This document shows positions 11,155 to 24,700 of a stretch of 64,000 nucleotides of DNA, piece after piece. The stretch covers positions 39,928,001-39,992,000 of the forward strand of contig OZ241828.1 in NCBI GenBank assembly GCA_965202585.1, in the 5' to 3' direction. The notes beneath the pieces were generated by a model. It was given only the letters and a program-made list of their open reading frames with translations. It searched no databases and was not told the origin of the DNA. Within the stretch, counting starts at the first letter, position 1. Each line of letters opens with the position of its first letter. The position numbers and the translations under genes were made by a program. Origin of the DNA: Thalia democratica. Taxonomy: Eukaryota.

Positions 11155-13344
11155 TAGATATTAAAATAAAAATAAATTCATGAAAAAATTTCATAAATAC
11201 CATAAATAGCAATATTTTGAGTTATAAAGTTTTAGTCAAAAAAATAAAACCAAAAATGTACTAAAAGGTATAATTAATAGCATCATAGTTGTAAAATTAT
11301 GTTAAAAGTATAATTATTAAAATTTATTATTGAAAGTAACTATAAATTATCAGAATGTTCAATGTCAAAAATTTAATTTCAAGTTTGAATTTTCCTCCCC
11401 CTGTTATGAGCAGTTTTTCTCAACATCTTAAAAGATTTGTGTTCAGTACATAATTTAATCAGACTTAAGAAAAAAAAGTCTTAAGCTTGAATGTCCATTA
11501 AGAATAGATCAAAACTGATTTTATATATATTTAAACAAATTTTTATCTCCAACATGCTTGTTTTCATTGTAAATATGTGTGGTTCTTTATTTTCTATTTA
11601 TGATGTTTAATCAAAAAATCTTGTACTTAAAATGCGTTTGAAAAAGTTTGAAAGCCTTAAATGAAATATTAAAAGTGAGTGTTTTTTTTTTTTGTAAACA
11701 GCTAATGTAGTACTTATGGTTCAATATTGAAATATACATATTTTTTAACACTTGACTTTATTTTTATGGCTTATATATTGAGTTTTAGTAATGTTTTGTT
11801 GACTCTTGGCTTAAAACCACAATTTTAGACAATTCTTAATTTCATTTAGATAAATTTCAAGGTATAAATATTTTATTACTTTTTTTTTTTGAAAAAAAAG
11901 CTCTGGATTCAGTTTTTTATTTGACTCATTATATTAATATTAATTCAATCCGTTTTTTCTAAACTAGTACCAATTTTATCTAAATATACTCTGATATGCT
12001 TGAATTTTCGAATATGCAACATTTTTGTTTTTGTTTATATTCTTCACGCATGAATAAGTTTTTAAACAATAGTATAATTAACCAACATTGTTATATGCAG
12101 TTTCATATTTTGTTTTTGCTTGAAAAGGTCGCAATCTCTTGCCACCTAAACCGGTCGCGAGTAAAATATACAATTTGCATAAATCTATTTATGGAAAATA
12201 TAATAGAAGTTTAGATTTAACTTTTATGTAATTTCTTATTTTTAAAAACATTTAATGGAAATTCATAAAAGCTTCAGCAAATAATTAAAAATTTTAAGTC
12301 TTTTTTTTTTAATTCCATTTAATCTCTTGATGATGGTGTTATACTTGGTAAAAAAAGAACTTAAGAATGAATAGTTTTCTTTATACATTAAAAATTTTAA
12401 ATGGGACATAAGTCATATCAAATAATTTGTTATCGTTTTAAAAAAGTTTATTTAATAATTTTCTTTTTTAATTCATAACAAATTTCCAAATTAAATCAAA
12501 AAGTACAACTAAGTGTGCTTAAGTGTAGTTATTTATTACCTATCTATTAGAATACTCCTACTACTTGGGAATTTTCAGAGTAACTTAAACTAGTTGGTAC
12601 GATTTTCTCAAGTCGACTAATTTCTATTTTCATTTTAATGGAAATTTTTCATAAAATTTTTTGATTCTTTTTGATAGCTTCATAGTACTTAAACATTTTT
12701 TGATCAAATATCCACTTTGTGGCTACTACTACGAAAGTAAAAGAATCTTTTTTAGTAAATTTAATAGTAAAAAGTACTTTAATTTAAATGTGTTTAATAT
12801 TAGCCTAAATATGAGCTGTGAAAAGTGATTTTTTTTTTATTGATGAACTAATTAGTTATTTGTTCTGTATATAATCAAGTGATAAGGTATATATTTTTAA
12901 GATAGCTTTAACAGTTCGTAATTTTTTTTTTTTTTGCACAGCCTATTTAAAAAGACTTTAATTTTTTTCCTTATAATTTTTTTATGTCTTATGTTTTAAG
13001 TCAATTTTTATTATTTTGATATTTTATCTTGATTGAGCATTTTTTTCTTTTATATATTGCCTTACTCATGCTAGTTTGCTTTAGGACTTACTTCTTTGCT
13101 TCAAAAACTGGCAACCCTGTTTCTAAAAACTAACAAAAGATTGTAACTGCAATTAAAAACTAATTTTTGGCAGCTGGTTGTTTTCAAGTAAAGCGTCATT
13201 CAAAACACTTTTAATACTTCTGTTAACATAACAAAACAAACATAGTAGATCTAATGTTAGATGGTAGGTATTTTAATGTTTGTTGTTTTATTAATACTTC
13301 GTTTAAATAAGTAATTTTTTTAAATCTAGTTTTCTAGAAAAATT

Positions 13345-14589
13345 ATGCAAAATATTCCTGGTTATTATCAATACAACGAACGGTATTATAAAATTGATCA
13401 AAGAAGAAACCAAAATGAAATTCTTGCTAGAGAAGTTAAAGCTCAAGATGAACAAAGATTGGAAATGAGAAAGTACAAGAACTATGTTAAGCTTCTAGAA
13501 TCAAGGTCTTCAGGTACATTAACGTATCCTGCTTTAAAGAAAAATGTTACTGAAGAATTTCTTAAAAATGTTGAAATGAACTACCCTGAGTTTACAGTAC
13601 ACGACATTCCTATCAACCGAACTATCCATCACTTATGTAAAACTAATAAAAATAGTATTTACATGTATTGTCAAACTGGAAGAGATGATCATATCTTATA
13701 TGCTCTCCGAAAAAACTCTGCAGAAGTTGATAAAAATGGATTGAATATACATATAGAAGAGCTACTTCATATTAGTGGAAAGTTAAACGACTTTCAATTT
13801 GTTGAACATGAAGATTCAACATATTTGATCACTTCTAGTCGACAAAGAAATCAAAGTAACCGTTTAGAACTGTTCCTCGTTTTACCCAATATAGTAATGG
13901 TACCTGAATTTAGTCCATTTAGAAAATGTAGCAAAGTAAAATTCCTTAAAGAAAATGACGAGTTTAATTTATTTATTGCAGATAACAAGGAACTTCGGTT
14001 AGAAACTGTAAGTAGTAGAACTACTAGTAAACTACTTCAAAGCAAAATTTATTCAAACGTTATAACTTCTATTGATTATAATAAAAACTCTCTTCCTTGT
14101 GTCGGTTTTGAGGAAGGATATGTTGTAATGAAGGACCGCAGGATGCCTTTTTCTAGCGAAGCTGCTGAGTTTTATGGAGGAGGACCAAATGTAACCAAGG
14201 TAAAAAATATTGAAGATACGGACTACATAGTGTGTGAAGCTTTGGAAAATAGACATGTAGTCAGCTTGTTTGATGTTCGTAATACGAGCATACCTGTTTT
14301 TGAATATTTTAATGTGAGGAATGCTTTTGCTGAAAAGATACCTTTTGTGTTGGATAGTACTGAGTCCATGATCTCTTTGGATTGCAGGCTGATGCGAAAT
14401 GCTGGTCCTGATTATACAGTGAGGATTTTTGATGTTCAAAAAGGAAATATAATAGCAGCATATCCAGGTTTTCAGCAACTTATGTATGAGGAAAAATGGC
14501 CTTCAATAAACAAACTTGAAGGTTTAGTTGGATTTCAAAATAGTGATCTAAATAGAGTAGTATGGTTGCCAATGTCTAATAATTTATGA
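13345..14589 (+). CDS. DCAF4-like WD40-repeat protein (probable DDB1-CUL4 substrate receptor), 414 aa
   Basis: Long open frame in very AT-rich DNA. The N-terminal IPGYYQYNERYYKI resembles the DCAF4 motif LPGFYYDPEKNRYF. It has a WDxR-like VSLFDVRN, and GPDYTVRIFDV resembles DCAF4 GQDCYTRIWSL. A possible upstream ATG at 13261-13263 could join in frame through a 66-nt GTAGGT..TCTAG intron (13264-13329), adding MFSRKI. Orthology is not verified, so no symbol is given. Confidence 0.75.
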   Translation: MQNIPGYYQYNERYYKIDQRRNQNEILAREVKAQDEQRLEMRKYKNYVKLLESRSSGTLTYPALKKNVTEEFLKNVEMNYPEFTVHDIPINRTIHHLCKTNKNSIYMYCQTGRDDHILYALRKNSAEVDKNGLNIHIEELLHISGKLNDFQFVEHEDSTYLITSSRQRNQSNRLELFLVLPNIVMVPEFSPFRKCSKVKFLKENDEFNLFIADNKELRLETVSSRTTSKLLQSKIYSNVITSIDYNKNSLPCVGFEEGYVVMKDRRMPFSSEAAEFYGGGPNVTKVKNIEDTDYIVCEALENRHVVSLFDVRNTSIPVFEYFNVRNAFAEKIPFVLDSTESMISLDCRLMRNAGPDYTVRIFDVQKGNIIAAYPGFQQLMYEEKWPSINKLEGLVGFQNSDLNRVVWLPMSNNL

Positions 14590-16439
14590 TTGAATTTTGC
14601 TAGATCTGTAAGCAAGTTATTTAAATCTTGTTTTTTTTTATATTCACTGTCTAAATATTTATCTAACAAGTTAATTTTTGTTAACCTGCTCTATATAATA
14701 TTTACAAGTTAAATTGTTTTACTAACTTTGTAAAAATTTTGAATTTCTTTTGATGAAATTAACAATTATGTATAAAATTTTATAAAATGAAAACCAATAA
14801 AACCGATTATGCAAATTTTTAAAGTACTAAGTGCTTTAGTGATTAATTTAATTTTTCATAAGTTATCAACTAATCTGTTATCAACTTATTTAGCAGATAC
14901 CTATTTAAAAGATATTCAAAGTTGAGTTTTTTTTTAATACATATCATTTTGTTAAAAATTTTCTGAAAAATTTCTGTTTTTTGTTAATTGTTGTATTGAA
15001 ATAAAGTAAACATTACGTAAATGCATTTTTGATTATGAAAGTTAAATCACAATATGATGTAATATGATTATATACTAGTAAATTGTTAAAATCAAAGTAA
15101 ATTAAAATACTTGTGTTAAATAATTTAATAAGTTAATTATTGATTCTTAATCATAAAGGTAACAATTAATAAACAACTGATGTAATTATTTTAAAACGAA
15201 ATCTTTATTAAAAACAAATTTTCTGATAACAGTTCCTATTTCAAGCTCAACATTCATTTTGAACTTCTATTTTAAATCTCAAATAAATTCAAGTATTTGT
15301 TATTGGTAGATTTAACTAAATACCTAGTCTTATATACATCCAAACATAATTCATTAATATTTAACATAACTAGTAGTTTCTAGTAACTTAAAATTGTTTT
15401 TTGAGTTAAATCTATTCTTAATAAAAAACCTCTTAACATAATTACACAATTTTATTACTTTTTGAATTTGAAGATTATTCTAATACTTAGCACAACCTAT
15501 AATTGTATAATCAAAATTTATCAAATATTTAAAATCCAGTGTGCAAATTTAATTGTATTTTTTAAGAGGTTGGATTTATTCTTTAAGTAATCTTAAATAA
15601 GTAGTAAGTGCAAAGTGAGTAATAAAAGTAATGCATTACATTATTACCTTTTTGCATACTCGTTCAGTCTATAGTTTAAATTGCTGATTAGGCTTTAAAC
15701 TAATAAAATTCTTTATTACTTTTTGTTTTCAAATAAAGCTTTAATTTGAATAATTGAGTCCTGTTAGATAAATTTTTAGAATAGTCGTAACTATTCAACC
15801 TTTTTGTAAAAAGATATCTAAATTAGTAATTAAAAATAATCGAAAGCTAAGGACACTAACTTCTTTTCTAGTGTATTATAATTTATACAATAATTTAAAT
15901 TTTTTTCTTCAAATCATTGTCCATGACTCGTTAAAGAACTTGAATGTGACCATTAAACTGCATATATAAAGATTTTAAATCTAAGAAAACAAGAAATAAA
16001 GGAAAATGGTAGCATTAATTATCAATAAAATTCTAATGAAATGCACAAGTTTAAAAACTGAATAGGATTTGATTAAAACCGCAGTTTTTCTAGAAAGCAA
16101 ATTGATATAATTTAAATTAACCACGTTAATTTTTTTTAGCGTGGGTAAATCATTTTAAGTAAACTTTCGATTTGTACGTGCTAAATGTTGCAAACAACTA
16201 ACAAAGCGCAGCATTTCTAGCGTAGTGAAACAACTTAACACTTTGTTTTAAGGTCTATTTTTTAGTAGACTTTTTTAATTTAACTAGGTATAGTTTTACT
16301 GTGCACATAATTATTGATAGTTCTAAGTCTAGGAAGTTTTTTTAATTAGGCCTGCTTTTATCGTTTTTTTGAAATCCTATTTAATAAAAAAAATGCCTTA
16401 GAACTATTTTTGCAATTTTGTTTTCAAAATTAAGAAAGA

Positions 16440-17330
16440 CGAAAACCTAATTCAAACAGATTTTTAGATTTAGAACTATCAATAATTAAAAATAACATTG
16501 ATCTAAACTAAATCAATTAAACATACATCGTTTTCAGAAAACCAAATTTAGATATCCAATTTATTTAAGTAACCAATCAAACCACCCTAAGCAAATCTTA
16601 GAACAATCACCTACAATAGTTAACGAAAAGTTGTTAACTTATCAAGTAACGAGAAATCATTTAACCGTATAAAACACAATTACCAATCAGCCAAACACAA
16701 ACTCAATTTAGTACACCAAACAAAAAGTCAAAGAATAAGAAAAACTATTTATTTTAACCCGCAATTTTCCCTAACTGTAGTCACTAAAATAGGCAAGGAA
16801 TATTAAGTTTAATAAACCAAAACTTTGACACAAACCATCCATACCACAAAATTTTTAACAGGAATACATTAAAATATCCTAGAGCTAAATAAAAAATTTT
16901 GATAAAAAAAATCATAGAAAATTATTAAACTTCAAATTGCAAGAAAGCACCTGCAATTGCTGGAACAAAAAAAAACTATTTACAATAGTTGCTTAGCAAG
17001 CAACTTAAGTTTTGAGCTACAATAAAAACATAACGTATCAAAATTTTACGTGGGTTTAACCTAAAAATATAAACAATAACCATAAGGCAAGTTTTAAAAA
17101 TAAATAAAATGTACATAGCACTGAATTATCAAATTGCATATGGGAACTAAAGTACGCAAACAAAGACTATAGTTTGAAATGGAAAATACTTTACAGAATT
17201 AAAACAAAACAAAAAGTTATTAAAACACGTTACTTATTTGGCTTGGAAAATACTAAAATTAAGAAAAAGGCGTCGGTAAACAAAGGAAAAAAAAGAAGAA
17301 GATCTTGCCTTCATAACAAAAGTATGTATT
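16440..17330 (+). mobile_element. Decayed Penelope-like retroelement (RT thumb, linker and GIY-YIG remnants)
   Basis: Broken frames give FLDLEL, YPIYLSNQSNHPKQILEQ, FNPQFSLTVVTKIGKEY, HPYHKIFNRNTLK, YVGLT and NNHKASFKNK*NVHSTELSNCIWELKYANKDYSLKWKIL. All are recognisable Penelope-like motifs, in the expected order. Boundaries are approximate. Confidence 0.75.
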
Positions 17331-20112
17331 TCAAAATAAAAAAAAATCTAATATAAAGCAATAAGAAAAAAAAGCAACAAAACAAAGCTAAAAAAATTAA
17401 TAAACAATATAAAACAAAACATAATTTAATTTGTACAGAATTTTTAAATTTGCAAAATAACTTTACTTTTAGTTCCAATGGTATGCTAAACGCATTGAAA
17501 CAGCCAAAATTAATTCAAAAACTGCTTTATTTTTGTTTTACAAATAAGTAATAAACATATAGAAAAGAATAGATATAGGTTAAACTATACCAATTTTGAC
17601 AGATCTCATTTAAAAGGTTTTTTGATAGTTTATTATAAGTTGTAGAATTTAAAAACGACAGTACAACTATTTCATGCAACCTATTACTTGTGAAATTCAA
17701 CTATTCAAGTTAAAATTAAATTGAAAAGGATTAACCTTGTGTGTAGGTTGTGCTTAATCAACTGTTGTTATGTATGCGTTGAAACAAGAGGGTTGCTTAT
17801 ACAAGCGAGGAAAATTAGTATTGTCTTGCTGATATATCTAAAATTTTTCCAAAAAATTGAACATAGTTTTAAATGTTACATTCACTTACTTGTGGTTTTG
17901 TGATTTTTGGTTGATTTTTTAGAGGTAAGTTCGATTTTTGCACTGAAATTCGTCATGTTCAAAACTTTATAATTAAGTCATAATGTTTTTTATTTTGGGA
18001 AATTTGTTTATTAGTTTAATTTACACACAAATGATCTCAAACTTGAACAGCTAAAGATTATAAGCAATAGCTTGTATAAAATTTTGTACTGTCTGTCTTT
18101 TTGAATTTGACAATTGTAGTAAACTATACAAATTTTTTAGGTCCTAAAAGTCACATGTTTTTTTAAACCTTAATTATGTTTGTACAATTACCTTTAATAA
18201 CCTTAAATATTTGGTCACGGAAAATAAATTTACTGCTATTAACTAAGTTGAGCCGACTTTCAAGAATTTTGTTTTGACATAAAAGGAGTACGTAGTACGT
18301 ACCTCGCTATAATTTAAATAAACTTTAACTAAAGGCATTAAATTAAATATGTTGTTGATCATATTTAAAATGTAAATGAAACTAAATATTTTTTAAATAT
18401 AATTCAAAAAGTTTAGTTGAATTTTTTAACCTATGACCTAATTAAAATTCATTTGACGTTAATATTAAGTAAAAAATATGAAAAGTCTACTGTGTAGTAC
18501 AAATTGGTTTAATTGTATTCAAATGCCTTGCTGCGTTAAACTTTTTATAGCAATTGTAGTTCCTAATAAAAATTATAAACATATTATTAGTGTATAAATT
18601 TATTAACTAAATGACTTTTTTTATTTACAAGTTCACTATAAGTTCTTTTAATGATTTTTACTTTTAATTTATTTTAAAATATCTACTTTACGTAAAAACA
18701 GTGCTGTTTGGTGTTGTAAGTTTAACTAGTAAAACTTATATAAAGTTTAAAAACTTAATTAGTCTTAAATGTTTAAATTAAAGATTAAAATAAATATTTT
18801 TTTCCGATACTAAAACTACGCTACTAGTACCAGTGATATTTTTTTCTTAATTTTTTTACTGATAATAATCTTTTAAGTTTTAGAACGTGTAATCGTTATC
18901 TATCTAAAGAATGCTACAAATGCTCAAATAAGATCTTTATAAAAAGTTTTGTTTGAGGGAATACATTTTTCTGGTTGAGTGCGTCCAAACAAATTTAGTT
19001 TTACTATAACTACAAAACAAGCTTAAAAGTTGTTATAGTTTTAAAATGAATATAGAAAGATAGGTATACTGAAGTTTTTTGTATATTCTTTCAGTTTGGT
19101 TTTTATGGTTTCTATTTTACAACTTTTCAATTATCTTAATTTTTTGTAGCACCTAACCCAGAACATTGTTAAATTACTTATTTTAAATGTTAAAACTGTA
19201 AATGCTTGTTTATAATTATCTCAAATAAATAAGCAATCAAAGTTTCTGTGCTCAATAGATTCCTAAACCAAAAACGCAAAAAAAAACTATTTTATTAAAA
19301 ATCTAACTTCTTTTTCATTTTTGACTATTCTTTTAAAAGTTTTCCCAGAAAGTCCATTACTAAAATTTAAACAAATTCAATGCAGGATTTTTCAATTACT
19401 TTTAAAGATGCAACATTCAAAGTTTTTAAAATTATTATACGAACGTTCCTGAAAGTTTGAGGACTCTAGGTTAAAGTATGAAGGAAAATATATATCATTA
19501 GTGATATATAAATTTTCCAAGAAAATTGACCCTGAAAAGTTTGTAGTCCATACGTTTGTATGGAATTTTTTACAAAATTTCAATTTCTCAAAAGTTTAAA
19601 ACTAATTATCAAATTCTATAAAAACTGGGTAGTAGCAACTTCTGTAAAATTTATAAAATGTTGCATCGTTTATAAGCTTCAATGTCAGGTGACCTTGATA
19701 CCCAATGTTTTGGATAAACGGAGCGATAACTATTTGTCAGAATAAATGAACATACAAGGCAACAAATAGTGCAGTATTTTCACATATAGAACAATGTAAA
19801 ATTTGCAAAAATCATAATAATTTTTTAAATTGTTTTGATATAATTAAACTTTGTAAAAATCCATATATTTTACTTGCAGTATAGGCAATTTTGATTAAAA
19901 ATTTAAACCCAAACTTAATCATCACTAGGTCCTGATAAAGGATCTAGAATTACACTTAACATTTTTAAGTAGTCCATTTTTGTTCTAATTATTTAGTTTA
20001 TATGATTATTTTTATTAGATATATATAATATTGTAACTTGTTTTAAAGCAAACAATTAAAAGATCTGGACTTAAATGTCTTTAAGGAAATTTTTGTGTAT
20101 TATTTATTTTAA

Positions 20113-20492
20113 TAGTTTATTACTACCAAAACAATGTTTCACTCCTATACTTGCATATAGGAGATCCTCAGTTGATGTAAACAAATCTGAAAATATTTTT
20201 GATCAAAATAAATGGAAGTATAATAAAATTAAAAACAAAATATTGAACTAATTGTTTAACAACAAAATTGAAACAAAATTCTTAAAAGCGTAACATAAGC
20301 ATTAAATTTTTACTCAAGTTTAGTATCCTTAAGTTTTATTTTTGTTGTTAAGTCATTAATTCAGTATTTTTTTTGATTTTATTTTACTTCCATTTATTTT
20401 GTTCAAATTTTTTTTCAGATTTGTTTACAACAACTGAAGATCTCCTATATGCAAGTATATGAGTGAAACATTGTTTTGTTAGTAACAAACTG
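20113..20492. mobile_element. TTAA-flanked MITE with inverted arms of about 85 bp
   Basis: Arm 20107-20193 is the near-perfect reverse complement of 20412-20498, including CAAAACAATGTTTCACTC-TATACTTGCATATAGGAGATC. TTAA lies at 20109-20112 and 20493-20496. Confidence 0.7.
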
Positions 20493-21755
20493 TTAAAACA
20501 AATTATAGATTAGTTTTATATTGATATTTTCTTGAGTTTACTTGTATTTTGTTTAATTAATCACTTAGTGGGTATTTATTTTAATTTGAAAAAGAAATGA
20601 ATTAAATTTTGAAATATATAGTTAAGCTCAAATAAAATTCTTTAATGGAAAAAAAATTGTTATTAACAATAAATTGGTACATTAAATCATGTAAACATCT
20701 TTCTTTACATTCAGTTATTAAAAAACATTTTAGAAGTTATAAATTATATATAAATTGAGTATAAAGCTCAAAAAAAGCTAGTAAAAGCTTTGTTTTAAGT
20801 TTTAATTATTAGATAATACATTTAAGATTAACATTTTATACTATTCTAGTAACTATATAACAGAACACAAAAACTTATGACATTCTATTTTGTATTCAAA
20901 TATATTGTTTTTTAAGATTTCAAAGCGTTTCAGTTGTCTAATCGTTCTAAATTGTTTTGATAATGCTCAATTATAGTCATATTAATAAGTTATAAAAAAT
21001 TCTCACATTATTTTAGTTTTAGAAGCTTTTAAGAATATTAACAATTTTATCTTACACTTTGACTTATGTTATATAAATATAAGTATAAGTTAATAAGTAT
21101 TTAGTATAAACTTTTTTTTATAATATATATAGATAAAGTAAAATATCAATATTACTTAAAGTATGTCATTGTTTAATATTTTTTATTTAGGTGAGTTAAC
21201 AGTATAAATAGTGGATCAGCTTGACTGTTTGATGACGAAAGTGTAGAAAAGTGTGATTGTAATTTTTTTGCTATTAATTTTAGCCTTATTTACTTTCTGA
21301 TCTGAATATTTGCATATGAATATTTTGTTTATTTTCCAACTATTTATATTTAAACATAACTTTTTAGTCTCTCTTAAAAAAAATTAAAACTACAATTAGT
21401 CAACGAGTTAAAAAAAAAAACTGAAACAATAGTAGTCTGTAAGCTATTTTTATTTCAAGGTTTGTAAGCATTTGAATTAACTACGTCCAAGTTTTCATTC
21501 TTCCCATAATAATCCTCAAAGTCCTTTTTTTATTAGAAACAGAATTATTTGTGATTAGTTTAAAAACTATTCTATTAGTTTTAAGTAGAAATAGGGTTAT
21601 GTATCTTTAATTGTTGCACGGTTTACAGTTACGTTAAAATACAATGTGAAAAAGTGTTTAAATTATTTTTTAATAGATTTAGTATATACACAAAACAACT
21701 AGTTTTCTACAGATACAGTGCTAGTTATAAATAGAATTTTATTTATAACATTAAC

Positions 21756-24700
21756 ATGAAAGTTGCTAGTGGTAATTCATATAAATCCAAAATAATTCTT
21801 GTTGGACCAACAAAATCTGGTAAATCTGTTTTAGCAAACTTTCTTGGTGATCAGGTTAGTAGTGACTATTAGGATTGTTACAATTATATCTTAAAATAAA
21901 AATGTATATTATTTGTATATTTTTGAGCCTGATTTAGTTACTACTTTTTGTTATATTTTTTGGATTAAGTTCAACAACAATTGTTGTATAGCGTTTTTTT
22001 TTTAATATAATTCATAATGTTCAACATTAAGCCCAGCTTTTGTTTTACTACCTTAAACTTATTGAATACTTTTTATAATTAAAAAAACTTGGTATTTTGA
22101 TTAAGTCATAAAGATGTACAAAATTATCAATTAGTTTTCTTACTCAAATAATTTACAGGTAGACTTATCATCCCATGCTTACAGACCAACTGCAGGAGTC
22201 AGAATACTTGAGTTTGAAACTGCAGTCAGTGCGGGCCACATTCAGGCCAACATGGAGGTTGAACTGTGGGATTGTGGTGGAGAAAATGAAAACATTTGGC
22301 CGGCAATTGCAGCTAAAGCAGATGGTTCGTATGTTTCAACATGTGTTTTGTGTTACTTTATTCAAAAGGTTTATTCTTGTTTCAGGAGCAACTTTGTAAA
22401 TCACTAAAGACATAATATTTAAAGACTATTAGTGATATTAGATCACCTTTCTTTCTTGTTTATTCTAAATGTTCTATGCAATTAAGAACTTTTCTTAGAA
22501 AATTTTCAGCTCACATAAATTTTATAATTGCTTAATATGTTCATATATAATAATAGACAATATAAAATAACAAAATTATCAAAATAAAACTTAGATTGTG
22601 CAACAGTGTTTATTTTAAAATTAATAATTGTGTGGTTTTATTGCAACAAAAAACAAGTTTTAAGATTTGTTTGTGTAATTGTTTCTAAATTTACAAATGA
22701 ACAAGTTTTTCAAGCTACTTAATTTAATTAAAACATTTAAAGATAAAAACTAAAGTATAAGTAAATAATATGTATTTTTAACTTTTATTAAACTAGAAAA
22801 AAGACCAAAAGATTTGTACTTAGTTTATATTGGATTATTTTAAATTTTGTAAGTATAATTTCCTCAAAGCTTTACTATAGCAAGCTCATATTGAACTGAT
22901 GATAAACTACAATGTAAGTATTATATAAAAGTTAAAGTAGTTTATTTTATTGACTGTTACAGGCATAGGGGGGGGGTCCAATTTAAAAAAATAAAATAAA
23001 AGTAGCATTGGTCAAATTGGAAGATTTAAAGTGTATACTATAAGATACTTTTAATAAAAAAAAAAAAACAACAATAGAATTCGAGATGTAACCAGTTTTG
23101 TAAAATATTACTTTACAAATATTTTGAATAGTGATTTTCATAGCTAGTTTTTAGGTTTGCTAGTATTGATTATTATCAGTGGAATCAACTCAATCTATAA
23201 ATATATTTATTTTGAATTTAGTTTGAACTCATAAAATATGATTTTAAAATAAAGTAGTAAGTAGACATAAATAAAGAAGTAAATATTTTGGTATTTTATG
23301 TTTTACTTTGATTTTATATTAAAACTTTTTATAACTATACTGTTTTTGTTATGTATTTTTTATTAAAAGTAATAAAAAGTTTTATTATCATATGAAAGTC
23401 TACGCTTAGGCTCTGTTAGACTTTTGGCAATGTTTTTTTTACATACAAACTTGTAGTTACTATTTCTACTCAAATATCAGGTGTTCTGCTTGTCTATGAT
23501 CAGGTGTCACAAGACGCAAGCTCACTCAACCAGTATTACGAATACTTTGTCAAGTCGCACAATATCAAGGATTCTCACTGCGCTGTATTTGGTAACAGCT
23601 GGGATCAAGAGGCGGATGATGACCTTCAACCACCTTTACCAAATTGCGCCTTTGTTAGTTGTAGTTGTATGTAACAACATTGGGAGCCTACCATCTCTAA
23701 CCCAATAGTTTATAAACGATTCATTTCTAATCCTATCACTTCGAACCCTATCACTTCAATCCGATCATTTCTAACCCAATAACTTTTAATCCGATCACTT
23801 CTAATCCGATCACATCTAACCCAATTATATTTAACCCGATCGTGTCTAACTAAATCAGTAAAAGTTGGTTCATTTTCAGATTTTTTAATCAGGATTTACA
23901 TTGAAAATAAACAATGCTCATTACAAAATTGTTCTTTAATTGAAATTTAAGTTTTTTTTGTCTCAAAACTAACAAATTTTTTGTCAAAAATAACAAATGT
24001 GTTTATTTAGTATTAATTAAAATTTACTTAAATATTAACTGAGTTCTATCTTGTTGTAGTTTCAATTTATTATACCTATTTTTTATTTATATCAATCTGT
24101 TTAGTAAAACTTCTTAATTATATAACATTTACTAAATGAAAATAATTCTAAGTTAAGGGGATATTTAAGACACTTATCTTGACTTACAAAATTAAACACA
24201 TCATAATTCTTTGTTCTTAAAAATATGTTTTATAGAATTTAATAGCTAAATGATACAGCTAAAACGGATTATGTTTATTTTAATTCAGTTTTATTCAGTT
24301 GGTGCTAGAGCCCATAGAAAAGGGGGGACATTTTGGATTTTTTCTTAGTCTGCTTAGCATTTATCTAAAAAAAATATTTTTTTACTAGTTGTGTTTTCAA
24401 CATTCTTCAGTGAATTAATCTTAATAGTCAATGTGTATTTGTTTTTAATATAAACTTTATTTTTTTTTGGGATACTGGACATTTTTAGTTTTTTCAGTTT
24501 TTGTCTTTAATTAAGGTCTTCTTGCTTAGTCAATTTTTTTTACCTAAATTCACTGAAGAGTAAAAATGTTTTTGATAAGCATGAAATTAAATGTTACATT
24601 TAATTTTTTAAAGTAGTCTACGAAAACAAAGAACAACAAAAAGGGACTATAACTGTCTCTAAGTTTGCGTAGTATATAAAAAAAAATAGCATTATTACAT

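Noticed and set aside
14053-14478. 141-aa antisense ORF
   Set aside because: It lies wholly opposite the DCAF4-like CDS and has no recognisable motifs; it is a shadow ORF.
16985-17005. RFX X-box-like GTTGCTTAGCAAGCAAC as a possible ciliary promoter for IFT22
   Set aside because: It is 4.7 kb from the ATG, lies inside the Penelope-like relic and is an imperfect match.
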